DNA from: Centroscyllium fabricii
Taxonomy: Eukaryota
Length of the DNA: 64,000 bases
Direction: 5' to 3'
Assembly: GCA_051313645.2 (NCBI GenBank)
Contig: JBNRSN020000003.1
Coordinates: 494,078,001-494,142,000 of the forward strand
In this document: positions 52,350 through 64,000 of the stretch, in pieces
Numbering within the stretch: position 1 is the first letter of the stretch
Layout of the letters: every line of letters begins with the position of its first letter
Position numbers and translations under genes: made by a program
Notes under the pieces: model-generated
The model's input: only the letters and a program-made list of their open reading frames with translations
Database searches by the model: none
Told to the model about the DNA's origin: nothing

Positions 52350-53597
52350 AATCTAGAAGGCCATTTTGGACTGTCGCCAAAACCCTTCAGCGATCTTCCC
52401 TCAGCCTTGAGGACCATGGCGAAATGCTTGGAAGAACTGTGACATACGCAATGGACACAGTCCAACCTGAAGGGTCAAATATTCCTCACAAACAGTGGAC
52501 CGCCATCAACCTCCTCAGAACTGGTCATGGTAGATGCTGCCACCTTCTCCATAGATGGAAGATTAAAGCATCCCCATCATACGACTGTGGAACTACTCAT
52601 CAGACCCTGGAGCCCATCACTGAGCACAGCCCTCAGAGGAAATTTGCAGGCAGCCGGCAAGATATCCATGCTGTTACACCAGAGGCTTTGGGCTGGATGT
52701 CTGACTTAGATATTGGCCCAGAAATTGCAGTCTGCCGTTTCGTGCGGGTGCAGGGCCATGTGGACCCCTAACGCAGCGCACCAGAATCTTACCTTTTTAG
52801 CGCTGAAAAATTGCCGTATTTTTTTTTAGCGTTCCTGGGCTGCGTATCAGTGCAGCCACGCTAGGTGCGCTAAATATGCGTTGCCGTGGTGCGTGTGCTA
52901 GTCTGATGCCCCGCCCATGAAGGTCTCATTTAAATGGACACGCCCCCTGATGTGAACACAGAATCGGCAGGGAGCAAGGGAAGGCAGCATTACATTGGCA
53001 ACGAAGGTAAGGATCTTTGATTTGCAGCGATTTTTTTGCTAACTTTTTAAAACATTTAAAGAGTTTTAACGTTCCTTTAACAGCATGCAGGTCATTTTTA
53101 ATTTAGGATGAAAGACTTTAGAACCAAACAATTTTGTACAAAAAATCGGGTGAAAAACACTTGAAAAGCCGATTTTTAAAATTTTTCAAAAACATTCCAA
53201 ATCCACAAAAAATAGTAGTTAACTGCCCACAAAGTCAATTAAAATTGCTAAAACTTTAAATTCAACGCTAAAAAAGTCCTTTACCGTCTTCAATAACGCA
53301 CTGTTCTCACTAACGCACGGTTAACGACTCCTTTTTTCCCATGCAACTGCAAACCCAGTTGCCCACAGATTAGCACACAGAATCACACCCATTTACATCG
53401 GGATTTTTGGGTGTAATTCTTTTGTGCGTGTGATGCTGAAGCCTCTTCTGCTCAGCATCGGAAAGCCCGGATTCCTGCGCATGCCCCGTGCGATAGCTAG
53501 CACGGGGAATTAGGCACCACTCCTGCGGGTGCTAAGCGTGCGATGGACTGGAATTTCTGGCCCGATTCGCTTTGCTACTACTGTACAAAAGAAGAAG
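52350..53597 (+). mobile_element. 5'-truncated Vingi/Ingi- or RTEX-like LINE split by a MITE at 52715-53563
   Basis: WTAINLLRTGHGRCCHLLHRW..SPSYDCG..QTLE; (AAG)n tail; 11-bp TSD AATGACCATCA. The inner element has TIR GGCCCAGAAATT / AATTTCTGGCCC. Confidence 0.8.
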
Positions 53598-54390
53598 AAT
53601 GACCATCACACAAGATCCCAAAGCGATGGGCACAGGCAGCATCTTGTTGTCACACAGGTTTTACTGTCTAACATTTGATAATCAAAGATGAAGCAATTTT
53701 AACATTACATCATGGTAAAACATAAATTGAACATTTATCACCATGAATTCAATTTGGGAAATATTTAGTTACTTGAAGTGTGCGCCATATCGACTGCAAT
53801 ACAAGCCGAAATAGCATTTATGGTAAAATCAACAAATATGACAAGACTTCTTCATCACCCTCCAAGAATGCATACTTTTATTGTAAAGGTATTTAAAAGG
53901 TATGAGCGAATTAGTATATTTGTAAGGTGGAACAATCTTGTCTTGCAACAAGTGCATGCGATTAAAACATTTTAATGTTTTTAAAAAGGTAACAAGTGAA
54001 CTTCTCTTCAGCTGTTAAAGACTCATTAAGAATGCTTCCTGCATTTTATTTATAATTCACATGGTTTCATATCTGCAGTTTGCAGAGCAATTATCCTGCA
54101 AAAGGTCTTGTCTCACTGCGTATCAGGCATGCAGCTGTTCTCAATGAGTGCCTCCAGCCAGCCTCTGACTGTACTTCCTGTAACTCTCATCCAGGCCTGA
54201 GAGCTCCGAAATGTGCAGCAAATTTTCTGCTCCAAAAAAAAAATCACATTTCAATTCATATTGCATTAAATTTAAGTGGTATTTATCATCGTAGTCATGC
54301 ACAGAGTTAGTCTAAACTTCGAAATACTTCACGTGAATATCGAACCAATATAATCTAAACTGGTTGATGCGCTAATCAATTACGCCAGTC

Positions 54391-54612
54391 TTTGGTGAAT
54401 CGTAATCAAAGGCTTTTATTCGCTAAGAACAAGACCTGGTCCGCGATGAGTCCTGCCCGGAATGAGAGTCAGGTGGGTGGAGCATCCTCCTTTATACTCA
54501 TACCCGGAGGCGGGGTCAGCTGGTCCAGGTCCTTACAGAAAGGAACAACTTTATTAGCACAAACTATATACAATAATAACACAGTGTGAACTACACTAAA
54601 TGGTTCACCACA
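54391..54612 (-). mobile_element. Short solo LTR-like element
   Basis: Inverted ends TTTGGTGAA / TTCACCACA. The minus strand has TATA (GTATAAAG) followed by AATAAA. No clean TSD. Confidence 0.6.
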
Positions 54613-56654
54613 CTGGTGAGATTTAAAGTTCAGTAGGGGGTAAATTTGACTTGGGGCAATAGTGCAAAATGGGCGATATCGGATCAGCCACCCGTTAAAC
54701 ACCTCTCCTGGTTTTCATTTCGATTGACCTCAATGGGCTGAATCGATAGGATGCCTTTTACACTAAATTACCCCCAGAGTGCCAGAACTGTGCTATGGTA
54801 AGTGGGCAGAGTTGGTGTCGGAATTTTAGTAGGTGGGTTGAAAGAAAGCAGGTGGAAAAATAATTGCAGTGCAGCGATATTATTGGCTGCCTGGTATTGT
54901 TGGTTCAAGCCCTTTCCTTCTTTACTTCAGAAGACTGAAGCAGTGCTCTTGTGCACTGATTGTTTAATCAGATTTTAAAAGCAGATGGATTCTAACACAA
55001 ATAAGTAAACAAAAATAAAAAGGAGAAATGTTCCCCTTATAGCTGGAGTCTCCCAAGAATTCGTCTTCCCCAAGTTTACTATTGCGCAAGGCGTTTCCTT
55101 GGTAATAGTGAGATCCCACAATTCACATCCTTTCCTTGAATTCTGAACACAAGGAAACAATTCTTCTGCCATAGAGTGTACATGTTTTGGAATGTTACTC
55201 ATTAGAGCATTTTAGTTGCTAACAGTGTTTTGGTAAGTGGGCACTTATTCTGATTCTCTGCTGCATCATAAATCTCTCATGTGGTTCAATGTACCCTGAA
55301 TGCATTTTGATAGGCATTTTAAATTATGTTTCCCTAATGTCCAAACGGGAGTGCTTACTTACAAAACATTGATACAGTAACTATTGTATTGTGCTGAGTG
55401 GATATTATATAAGGCAGGTTCACGTGCACAAAATGACTGTGTGTTTATTTGACAGCCCTGGTATGCTGAACACTGCTAAGCTTTACTTATGTACAATTTT
55501 GTACGTTTAACCCCCAGCAGGTTAAAGGTCAATTGTGCACGTGACAGATTGGCAGACATTGTTCACAGTGATTTGGAGGGTGCAGGCTGTTTGGTAAACA
55601 AGCAAAGCTAGTGGGCAAATTGCAGGCCTTTAGATCGTGGCTAAAACCCTGCAGATGCTTTCTGTTTGTGCTATCGGTATTATGATCAGCTTCCTTAAAG
55701 TTGAGTATCTGCCTCAAATGCACACAGCTTCTCACGGGTCTTCTCAAGAAGAGTGTTGCTTTGATCTCCGACAGAAGCCTTTAAGAAGTCTGGCAGATTG
55801 AGCTTTCATAGTGAAAGTTCCTAGTAAAACAGAAACTGCCAGAGTAGTTTCTTCCACCAGTGGGCTGACAACATACCTCACACACGAGACACTGAAATCA
55901 AAATTAGATTAGCTGCATTAACATTTAACCTCTTAAGTGTACCACTTGGGCTTCCAGAATTATTGAAGGAAGCATTACAAGTACATTCCGTGCAAAATTA
56001 TTATTTTCAGTTTGAATTAAACATATTTTTCTTGCCCTTGATTAAACGAGTCTAGTATAGCCTGCCAATTAGGCTATATCCAAGTCTCAGAGCTCTTAAA
56101 AGTGGTTAGCGTGCCAGCCTAAAAAGCAGATTGAGGAGTTTTATGCCAACATGTTAAGCATTTGCACAAAATGATCATAAAATCTAATTTCCAGACACAT
56201 TTTTTTACTACTCTATAACAACACTGATCCAAGGCAGCATTAGGACTTTATGAATAACGTGTGAAAGTCAAACAGCGCAAACAGCTTGAAATCCAGAAAC
56301 ATGAAGCTCAAGTTTAATTCCCAACATTCAATTGCAGCGATTTCCATTTTCCCAAACACAACCTATATAATAACAATAAATAAGTCAACATATACGCACG
56401 GCTTCAAAGCGCTGCTGCAGACTAACAGTGTTTCGCCATGAGAACTGAGGGGCATTAGAACTGTACCACTCACTCACGGAAGGGTACTGCAGCCTGTGCA
56501 ATGTAATCACCTCAGTAATCATTGAAGAGTTACAGCATTGTGTGACTCACGGAAGGATATTACAAAGCTATTCTTTGGAGCAGATAAGTTGGTCATTCAC
56601 TGTTCACTGTCTGCGTACAAAGCAACAGACGATCAGGGTGAATTACATTCAAAG

Positions 56655-56886
56655 AGGGGCAGGAATTCTTCCTGGTGTCCTGGCCAACACTCTTCCATCA
56701 ACCAACACTACCAAAAATAGATTCTCTGATAATTCATTCATTTACCGTTTGTGCAAATTGGCTGTCCTGTTTGCCTACAGTAACAACAGTGACTGCACTT
56801 CAAAAGTCATCTATTGGCTGTAAAGCATTTTGGGATGTTCTGAGGATGTGATTGAGTGTAAATAAGTGCAAATTCATTCTTTCTTC
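56655..56886 (+). mobile_element. SacSINE1-like 3' half
   Basis: CCTGGTGTCCTGGCCAAC..CAAATTGGCTG..AACAGTGACTGCACTTCAAAAG. Confidence 0.7.
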
Positions 56887-57184
56887 CTTACATAAGTGCC
56901 AGCAGGTTTGCATACATACAACTCCAACATATATTTATTGCCCAGCTACTTTTCATGTATACAAGGTGGTTTTTATTGCTTATTTCTGTTGAGAACAAAA
57001 AGTAAGAGTCAAAAAGATAAGCTGACTGTACAGACAAGGGAACTATAGTAATAAAGGATGTACAACATAGCAAGTGCAAAGAAGAACTGACAAATATTGC
57101 TGAAAAATAATTTTTAGATACTGCTATACAAATATAGAACACATTTCAGATAGCACATGGAATCAATTACCTTGTGTATATATT

Positions 57185-58909
57185 GGCCTGGATTTTGCGG
57201 TCAGCGGCAAAAAGATGGCACTCGCTGCTGACTTCAAAGAAAGCTGCCCATAAACTTTTAGCAGACTCTGTGGCATCGATTTCACTTTTTCTGAAGTTAA
57301 TTTTATTCTGGCGCCATCTATAGGGGATCACTGGCATCCAGCGACAGTGGTGTCATCAAGCAGGCTAAGCAGCTAATCACATTGATGAATTCTCTTATAA
57401 AGTGCAATATATCCAAGTTTGCCGACGATACAAAGATGGGAGGGAAAGCAGTGAGTGAGGAGGACATAAACAACCTGCAAAAGGACATAGACAGGCTAAG
57501 TGAGTGGGCAAATATTTGGCAGATGGAATATAATGTTGGAAAGTGTGAGGTTATGCACTTTGGCAGAAAAAATCAAAGAGCAAGTTATTATCTAAATGGA
57601 GAGAAACTGCAAAGTGCTACAGTACAAAGGGATCTGGGGGTCCTGGTGCATGAAACACAGAAGGTTAGTATGCAGGTACAGCAGGTGATCAGGAAGGCCA
57701 ACGGAATCTTGGCTTTTATATCAAGGGGGACGGAATATAAAAGCAGGGAAGTCTTTCTGCAGTTATACAGGGTACTGGTGAGGCCACACCCGGAATACTG
57801 CATACAGTTTTGGTTTCCATATTTAAGAAAAGATATATTTGCTCTCGAGGCAGTTCAGAGAAGGTTCACTCGGTTGATTCCGGAGATGAAGGGGTTGACT
57901 TATGAGGAAAGGTTGAGTAAGTTGGGCCTCTACTCTTTGGAATTCAGAAGAATGAGAGGTAATCTTATCGAAACATATAAGATTGTGAGGGGGCTTGATC
58001 AGGTGGATGCAGGGAGGATGTTTCCACTGATGGTTGAGACTAGAACTAGGGGGTATAATCTTAGAATAGGGGACTGCCCTTTCAAAACTGAGATGAGGAG
58101 AAACTTCTTCACTCAGAGGGTACTAAATCTATGGAATCAGAGAAATCAGAGAGCTGTGGAAGCTGTGACATTAAATAAATTTAAAACGGAGATAGACAGT
58201 TTCCTAGCTGATAAGGGAATAAGGGGTTACGGGGAACGGGCAGGGACGTGGACGTGAGTCTAATTTCAGAACAGCCATGATCCTATTGAATGGCGGAGCA
58301 GGCCTGAGAGGCCGTATGGCTTACTCCTGCTCCTACTTCTTATATTCTTATGTTCCTAAAGCAAACCAGGAAGTAAAAAGCAGTTTTTATTATTCATTTT
58401 TATAATTTCATAGAAATCAAAATAAAGATTGGGACAAACATATGGGATTAATATAGAAGCTGAAATATCATAAACAAACTTTTGAAAGAAATTACATTAA
58501 TTTTTATTATTTTAAAAATCTATGGATTTTTTAAATCATGGAATGGAGAAAATTACAATCCACAAATATAAAATTAGTTTTTCAGAGCCAGAGAGGTTGT
58601 TCAGTAGTAATTATGACTTTGTATGCCGTTAAAATCTCAGTTATACCTCATTCAACATGGCTTAACTTTTTCAAGGGTTTTTACAGCGAGAATAGCGTGT
58701 AAAAAGTCAATTCAGTAATTTCTAATTGATTCCACCTGTAATGACTGCAACAGCACACCCTGTGGAGGAGCAGGGAATCACTGACAGAATCTTATGGATT
58801 TCTGCGTTTTACTGCGCATGTGCAAACTCCAGATGTTGCTGTCAGTTTTACAGAGTAATGACGGCGAACACTGACAATTTTGCTGTCATTGCAACCACAA
58901 ATTCCAGGC
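57185..58909. mobile_element. Harbinger-like MITE interrupted by a CR1
   Basis: Ends GGCCTGGATTTT / AAATTCCAGGC, TSD ATT. Confidence 0.7.
57399..58336 (+). mobile_element. 5'-truncated, relatively young CR1 LINE (open RT C-terminal frame)
   Basis: ORF 57382..58257: ISKFADDTKMGG..LQKDIDRL..RPHPEYC..LEAVQRRFTR..NFFTQRV, followed by the CR1 tail shared with the V-SINEs. Confidence 0.92.
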
Positions 58910-59867
58910 ATTATATATAGAATATTATACAGATGGAAAAATGTCTGTAATGTAAATTGAGAGGCTCAGTGATGTCAAGGGTGTGTTCGGAGATAATATA
59001 CATTGGGAGCCAGGCAATATGTATGGTAAAGCCCATCAGGAGACTTTCTGTAATTTCCTTTATTTTCTGCTGCTTCAGGCCCCTCGCCATAAGGATTATT
59101 TACAGCAGAATTATTTCTCTCTGAGGCTTCTCTGTTTAGTGAAGTTATTGGCCTGCTGCTTTAGGCTGCTAAATTGAGTGTACTGCTTCAGCATTGTATT
59201 TCCTCCTCCACCCATTTTAATTCCACATCCTACGTCTTTTAGCCCAGATAGTTTCCCCACCCAGAAATCAGCCTGATTGTCACGCTTGGCTTCTAGTCAG
59301 GCAGGGAGCATACCGGGGTAGGCCTCAGGAGCAGATAGGTCCGATCACCATCCCAGAGGTGGGGGGGGGGACGTCCGATCACTGACACTGGGGGGTCTGA
59401 TCCACAAATCCGGGGGAGGGGGCTGGCCAATCCTGTGGGCTTTTGTATGAAGGGGTGGGGGATGTGATGGTGGGGTTGGACATTGGAGAGCTGGCAGGAA
59501 GCACTCCTGCTTTTCCTGGCCCACAAGCAGTACTGTGAAGGCACTTAACCTCTCCCCAAAGCTATTGGATTTCTTGGAAAACCTGGCCGCATGCTGTAAA
59601 ACCTGAATAGCAGATTAAATCAGAGGCTGCCAGTCTCATTAAAATAGTTAAATTGCCAAACCGCCTCCTGGGAGTATGTTGGCTGTCTGCCCCTTCTCCC
59701 ACCTCCATTAAAACCCGAAGTGGACGGGTTGGAAGTGGGTTCCCGACGCGCTCAGAACGTTGCCAGATTTAACACCTCCAAACGCACCCAATCCCACACG
59801 CTCACATTAAAAATCACCCCAGTGTCTCTGTGAAATTGTGGGGAATTGGGTGGGGTACAGTGCCTTG

Positions 59868-60100
59868 GTGAACTGGGTCAGGAGGTAACAGAGCTCGTCT
59901 GCCTACTGGGTCAGGGCAGAACACCTGTGTGAAATAGGTCAGGGGCACAGAGCCCATTTGTGGACCGAATCAGGGTGACCGAGCCCATCAGTGAACTGGG
60001 TCAGGGGGGACAGAGGCCTTCTGTGAACTGGGTCAGGAAAAATAAAGCACGTTTGTGAATTTTGTCAAGGGGGATAGAGCACATCTGTGAACTGGGTTGG
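59868..60100 (+). repeat. Degenerate ~30-bp minisatellite (GTGAACTGGGTCAGGGG..CAGAGCCCATCT) x~8
   Basis: Recurrent GTGAACTGGGTCAGG and variants at ~30-bp spacing. Confidence 0.75.
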
Positions 60101-60929
60101 AGAGTGGTTGAATGTGGGAGAGTGACTCTTGAGGTAACTTTGGGATAAATGAAGGTCTATTTAGTGAAGTAAAAAGTGCTTAAAATTAAGCAGACTGCAT
60201 AATTTATAATGTAAAAATTAAACTTTTTTAGGAAGCATACTCCTGGACTCACCTTAGAAATGCACCACAAATTTCGTGCCTTCAACATTTGAGCTTCTCC
60301 TTCAGAATTTCACATGATTCAATTTTTCTTTCCTCCAATACAACTTAGGAATGTGCATACCTACAGCATAAGTTATTCAACCCATGTGACTACTGGTTTT
60401 TTAAACATCATAGGCTCATAATAAGGGTTGTTTTTAAGTTGTCAGCTTTATGGGGCCTGTGTCAGCTTTTTTGAAGCTGTGGGCCAGCCTTGGCTAGTTT
60501 CCTAGGTTGGTATGAACGTAACATATGTTGGGATGTTAACCCTGTCATATCAATTAGCCTGGAACCCAGAGCAGCGCATCACTGAAAGATGGTAGCAAAA
60601 TCTCTTCACACAGTAATTCATAGTACAGCTTTGCAGTGTCTCAGAGATCACCCTTTCCAAGGGATCAGAATATTGGAACTCCTTACCTCCTTTAGTCCAC
60701 TCTTCCTGAAAAAATTCGACAGGTTTTTAGTACCTATGTATTAGCCTCACCTCCTAGTTTACTAAATTGTATTTTTTTCCAATCTTGATGGTGTCATGCA
60801 CTGTGAGCCTTGGCTATTCATGTAAGTTACTCAGTATAGCGTTGGTGCCCTGATGAGATTTTTGTTGCATCAAATGCAAAAGTACAGTGTAAGCTACTGG
60901 TGTGAGCTGGGATGAGTGAAAATGGCATT

Positions 60930-61682
60930 GGCCCAGAAAGTCGGGTCCCCACGGGTGAGTACGCGCTGGGGACTCACGTGTAGGCCCATCCAAAGTGCCG
61001 GTTTCGTGCATGCACAGCGCATGCGCGCGAAACCAGCACTTCTGATCCCCTGACAGAAGGGTTCAAAGGTCGGAGCGCGTGCGCGGGAGCGGCAGCGCGT
61101 GCGCAATGCACTTCCAATTTTTAAAATAAGATTCTGTGTCCGGGTAAGTATGAAAACGTTACGGCTGATATTTTAATGTGCAAAGCCTGGTTTTAGCAAG
61201 GTAAGTGGTGAATTAATTCAAATTAAAACATTTTTTTCCACATGTTTATTATTTTTAAATACTTTAAAGAAAGGTAAGTTTATTTTTAGCCTTGTCAGAA
61301 AAAATAATTAATTTTTTCAAAAATTTAAATTATTGTTTAAAATAGCTATTTAATGCAATTGATAGTTTTAAAAATGTGTTGTTTAAAAAAAATGTATTTG
61401 AAGGTTTAGTGATGTTTTGGAGCTTGTAGCTTTTATACTTTTGACAGCTCTTCCTGTCAAACTTATGAATGGAGCATTCTGTGCTCCGATTGGCTCTCGG
61501 TGGCCCACGTGATCCATCGCACTAACTGCGGCGCTGGGATACGTGAGCACAGCGCGCCGGCAGTTGGAGGAGGCCCCACATCATAATTCCACGCGGGCCC
61601 ACAGCTCAACGGCCGGCGCGCTAGGTAAGTGCAGGTTGGAGGCTTGCACACGCGGGAAGCCTCCGACCCGAATTTCTGGCTC
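60930..61682. mobile_element. Harbinger-like MITE, inverted homolog of 39042-39789
   Basis: TIR GGCCCAGAAAGTCGGG / CCCGAATTTCTGGCTC, TSD ATT. Confidence 0.82.
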
Positions 61683-62642
61683 ATTGTCTTGAGGCACTCA
61701 TGCCACATTCTTTGACTTCCCCCAGCAGCAATATAAATGCCACCACTGTGAATCCCTCCCAGTTTACTAAACTTTAAAAAAAATTGCAACTAAGGTGGTG
61801 TCATAATTATACTAACGAAGAGCTGACTGCTTTGTCATCTCTTCCAATTCTAAAAATTCTCGAGTGATTCGGAGCCAGCAAGCAACGCCATGTGCGTGCG
61901 TTTGACTGTGGTTCCAAAGTCAGGTTGCACAGAGCTTTCACAAGGCTGCAAATCACAACCTCCTGTTTACATCATTTCTGATATACCGTCAGTCCAACAC
62001 TGGTAGCTGCAGGATACAGAGAGCGAAAATACAGCTGAAGGGAGAAAATAGCCATTCCAATTATCTCTACTTTCAATTTAGTAGTGTTGTAATATTGCCA
62101 TGTACTTATTAGGAATTCTTTAGCCATACCTAGGTGGGTACTGGAATTGTTAGCGATACACAAGTGCACTTCAGCAGGAGTAGCTCCTTTAGCTAACTCT
62201 CACCCACTGGAGGGGGTGGTTTGACCCTGCTTGTGCTTTACATGCACTTCTGCATAACGTTCTAAGCATAGCACGCATAGCTATGCCATAGTGTATTGCA
62301 AAGGCACACATTCCAGACTCTCCAGGATGAAGCTGTACTGAATGCTACCAGGTCAAAGTATTTGAAATAATGACTAAGCAGTTGCAGAATTACAAAGGAA
62401 ACATGGCGGTAATATGCTTTCCTGCGTGAACTGTAAAAGGGAGACTGTCTCTCTAATATACCAGGTTGATTAGTGGGCAAGCTACTGTGGTTAACCTATT
62501 CTCTGGTATAATCCTGTTTAAAAAATAAAGACAGTCTGATCGATGTTCACAATCGTGCAGTACTGTGAAATTTGTACTATTCTGAGAGCACCGTGATCAG
62601 ATCAGATTAACACAAAGCTCACACTGGTGAATTGCAGATTAT

Positions 62643-63380
62643 GGGGGAAAGGTTTGGTTGTTTGTGCCTCCCGTTAGCGCCCTAAGAGGGCTGCTGATGG
62701 GGTGCAAGGCACTTAGCGCCTGGGCTGGCGCCTCCCGCGATATTCAGTGGGGCGCTGGCAGGGGCGGTAACCGGTAGGGCTGCGCTGCCTGCGATGACAT
62801 CATCGCACTGCGCAGCACCCGGCTCGCGCCCCAGCCGCGAACTTCAGTCGCGCCCACTGCTGTACCGCCGGACGCTGTCACTGGCAGGGTCAGGGGGGGT
62901 GTGCTTGCAGCAGGGAGATCGATATTTAAAGGGAGGGATGCCAGGCGGCCATTTTTCTTGCTGGCCAACTGCCAACACCTGCCCCCTCTGCCGTCCCCGG
63001 CCTTCCCCAATGCCCCCTCCCCTCCGCGGAGTGCTGGCTGTGCTCCATGAGCCCGACACCTCCCTCGAGTGCCGGGCTCCTTTGACGGCATCGCGATCCC
63101 CAGCGGTCCAACGGGGCTCCGGCCCGAGCCGCGCTAGGCCACTCCCCTTTAATCAGCGGAGGAAGGCCTGCAGTACCGCGGCGCGGCACCCTGCAGAGCG
63201 TGGCGCAGCGACCCACAGCACCCGAAATTGAGTGGGAGCGCCTAAAGAACGAGGTGGGGCGCCTGCAGTAGCGCCCAACCTCCTACTTGGGGCACTAAAA
63301 CCCAATTTCAGGAGGAACGGCGCCAACTTTTTCTGGGCGCTAAAAGTAGCGCAAAGCTGAGGACTACTGAATTTTTCCCC
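62643..63380. mobile_element. GC-rich Harbinger-like MITE
   Basis: Ends GGGGGAAA / TTTTTCCCC; colinear with 37518-38639 once the SINE is removed. Confidence 0.8.
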
Positions 63381-63744
63381 TTTAATATTTTAAATTAGCT
63401 TTTAATTTATTGTACAGTTACTGCAATTTACAGTCACTGAAGATTTGGTGTCATTACACATTTACATATTCGAAGGCAATTACTAATATAATTCTGCTGA
63501 TTAAACTTTTCTGTTTCTATTTCAGATTTCCAACATCTGCAGTATTTTGCTTTTGTATTAAAGTTTTGGGTTGTTTAATTTTATGTATTTTTTTGTCTAA
63601 CCATGTTTTGTTAAAATTTCTGTTCTAATAACTAATCTAATATCTTTAGGATTATAAATCCCTTGAACTAATAAGAAACATTGAGAGACATATTCTGCGT
63701 TTATGTATCTTTGACTTTCACTGCTTGAAAACCGTGATCGATTT

Positions 63745-63865
63745 CGACATTACGGGAATCAAGGGATAAGGGGCTAGGCCGGGAAGGTTGAGTTGAGGTA
63801 GAAGATCAGCCATGATCTTATTGAATGGCAAAACAGGCTCGAGGGCCTATTTCCTATTTCTTATA
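63745..63865 (+). mobile_element. CR1 3' tail fragment
   Basis: GATCAGCCATGATCTTATTGAATGGC..CAGGCTCGAGGGCC; similar fragment at 43790-43920. Confidence 0.7.
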
Positions 63866-64000
63866 AACGTAGCGAACAAGCATAAGAGACATATTCGCCA
63901 GTTTCAAACAAATTGCATTAGGATTGGGCTTTGGAAATTCAAATCAGCCTTTTATCTCTGAATCTACCTTAGTTTACTCTGCATAAGGTATAGAAGTCGA

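Noticed and set aside
57382-58257. 291-aa ORF as a host gene
   Set aside because: It is the C-terminal part of a CR1 ORF2 with a LINE tail; it is 5'-truncated and starts at a non-ATG codon.
38178-63231. GC-rich ORFs of 90-145 aa (38178, 41242, 51090, 62744, 62794)
   Set aside because: They lie inside non-autonomous MITEs; the open frames reflect high GC and are not conserved between copies.

Overview
Vertebrate genomic DNA, almost certainly from a shark, judged by SacSINE1/DeuSINE-like and HE1/V-SINE-like SINEs and CR1 LINEs. It holds one complete + strand gene, tbx5. The eight coding exons span 13130-25845 and give about 521-522 aa, with exon sizes matching the vertebrate TBX5 layout as I recall it. 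There are candidate non-coding first exons near 8.3-8.6 kb and 10.2-10.6 kb and a likely polyA signal at 27521. The first ~24 kb is CpG-retaining and free of large transposons. From ~31 kb onward the window is a nested transposon landscape (near full-length CR1, solo LTRs, RTE-like and Vingi-like LINE tails, Harbinger-like and hAT MITEs, SINEs) with a few unique islands that may be enhancers. The most notable observations are: (1) short fold-back, TSD-flanked Penelope-type insertions carrying minimal hammerhead ribozyme cores, one with a ribozyme on each strand (3393-3618) and one sense-oriented in the last tbx5 intron (24261-24444); (2) a GC-AG intron and a run of tandem NAG acceptors in tbx5; (3) a non-coding block that resembles human TBX5 exon 1. 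All family names come from motif recognition, not database searches.
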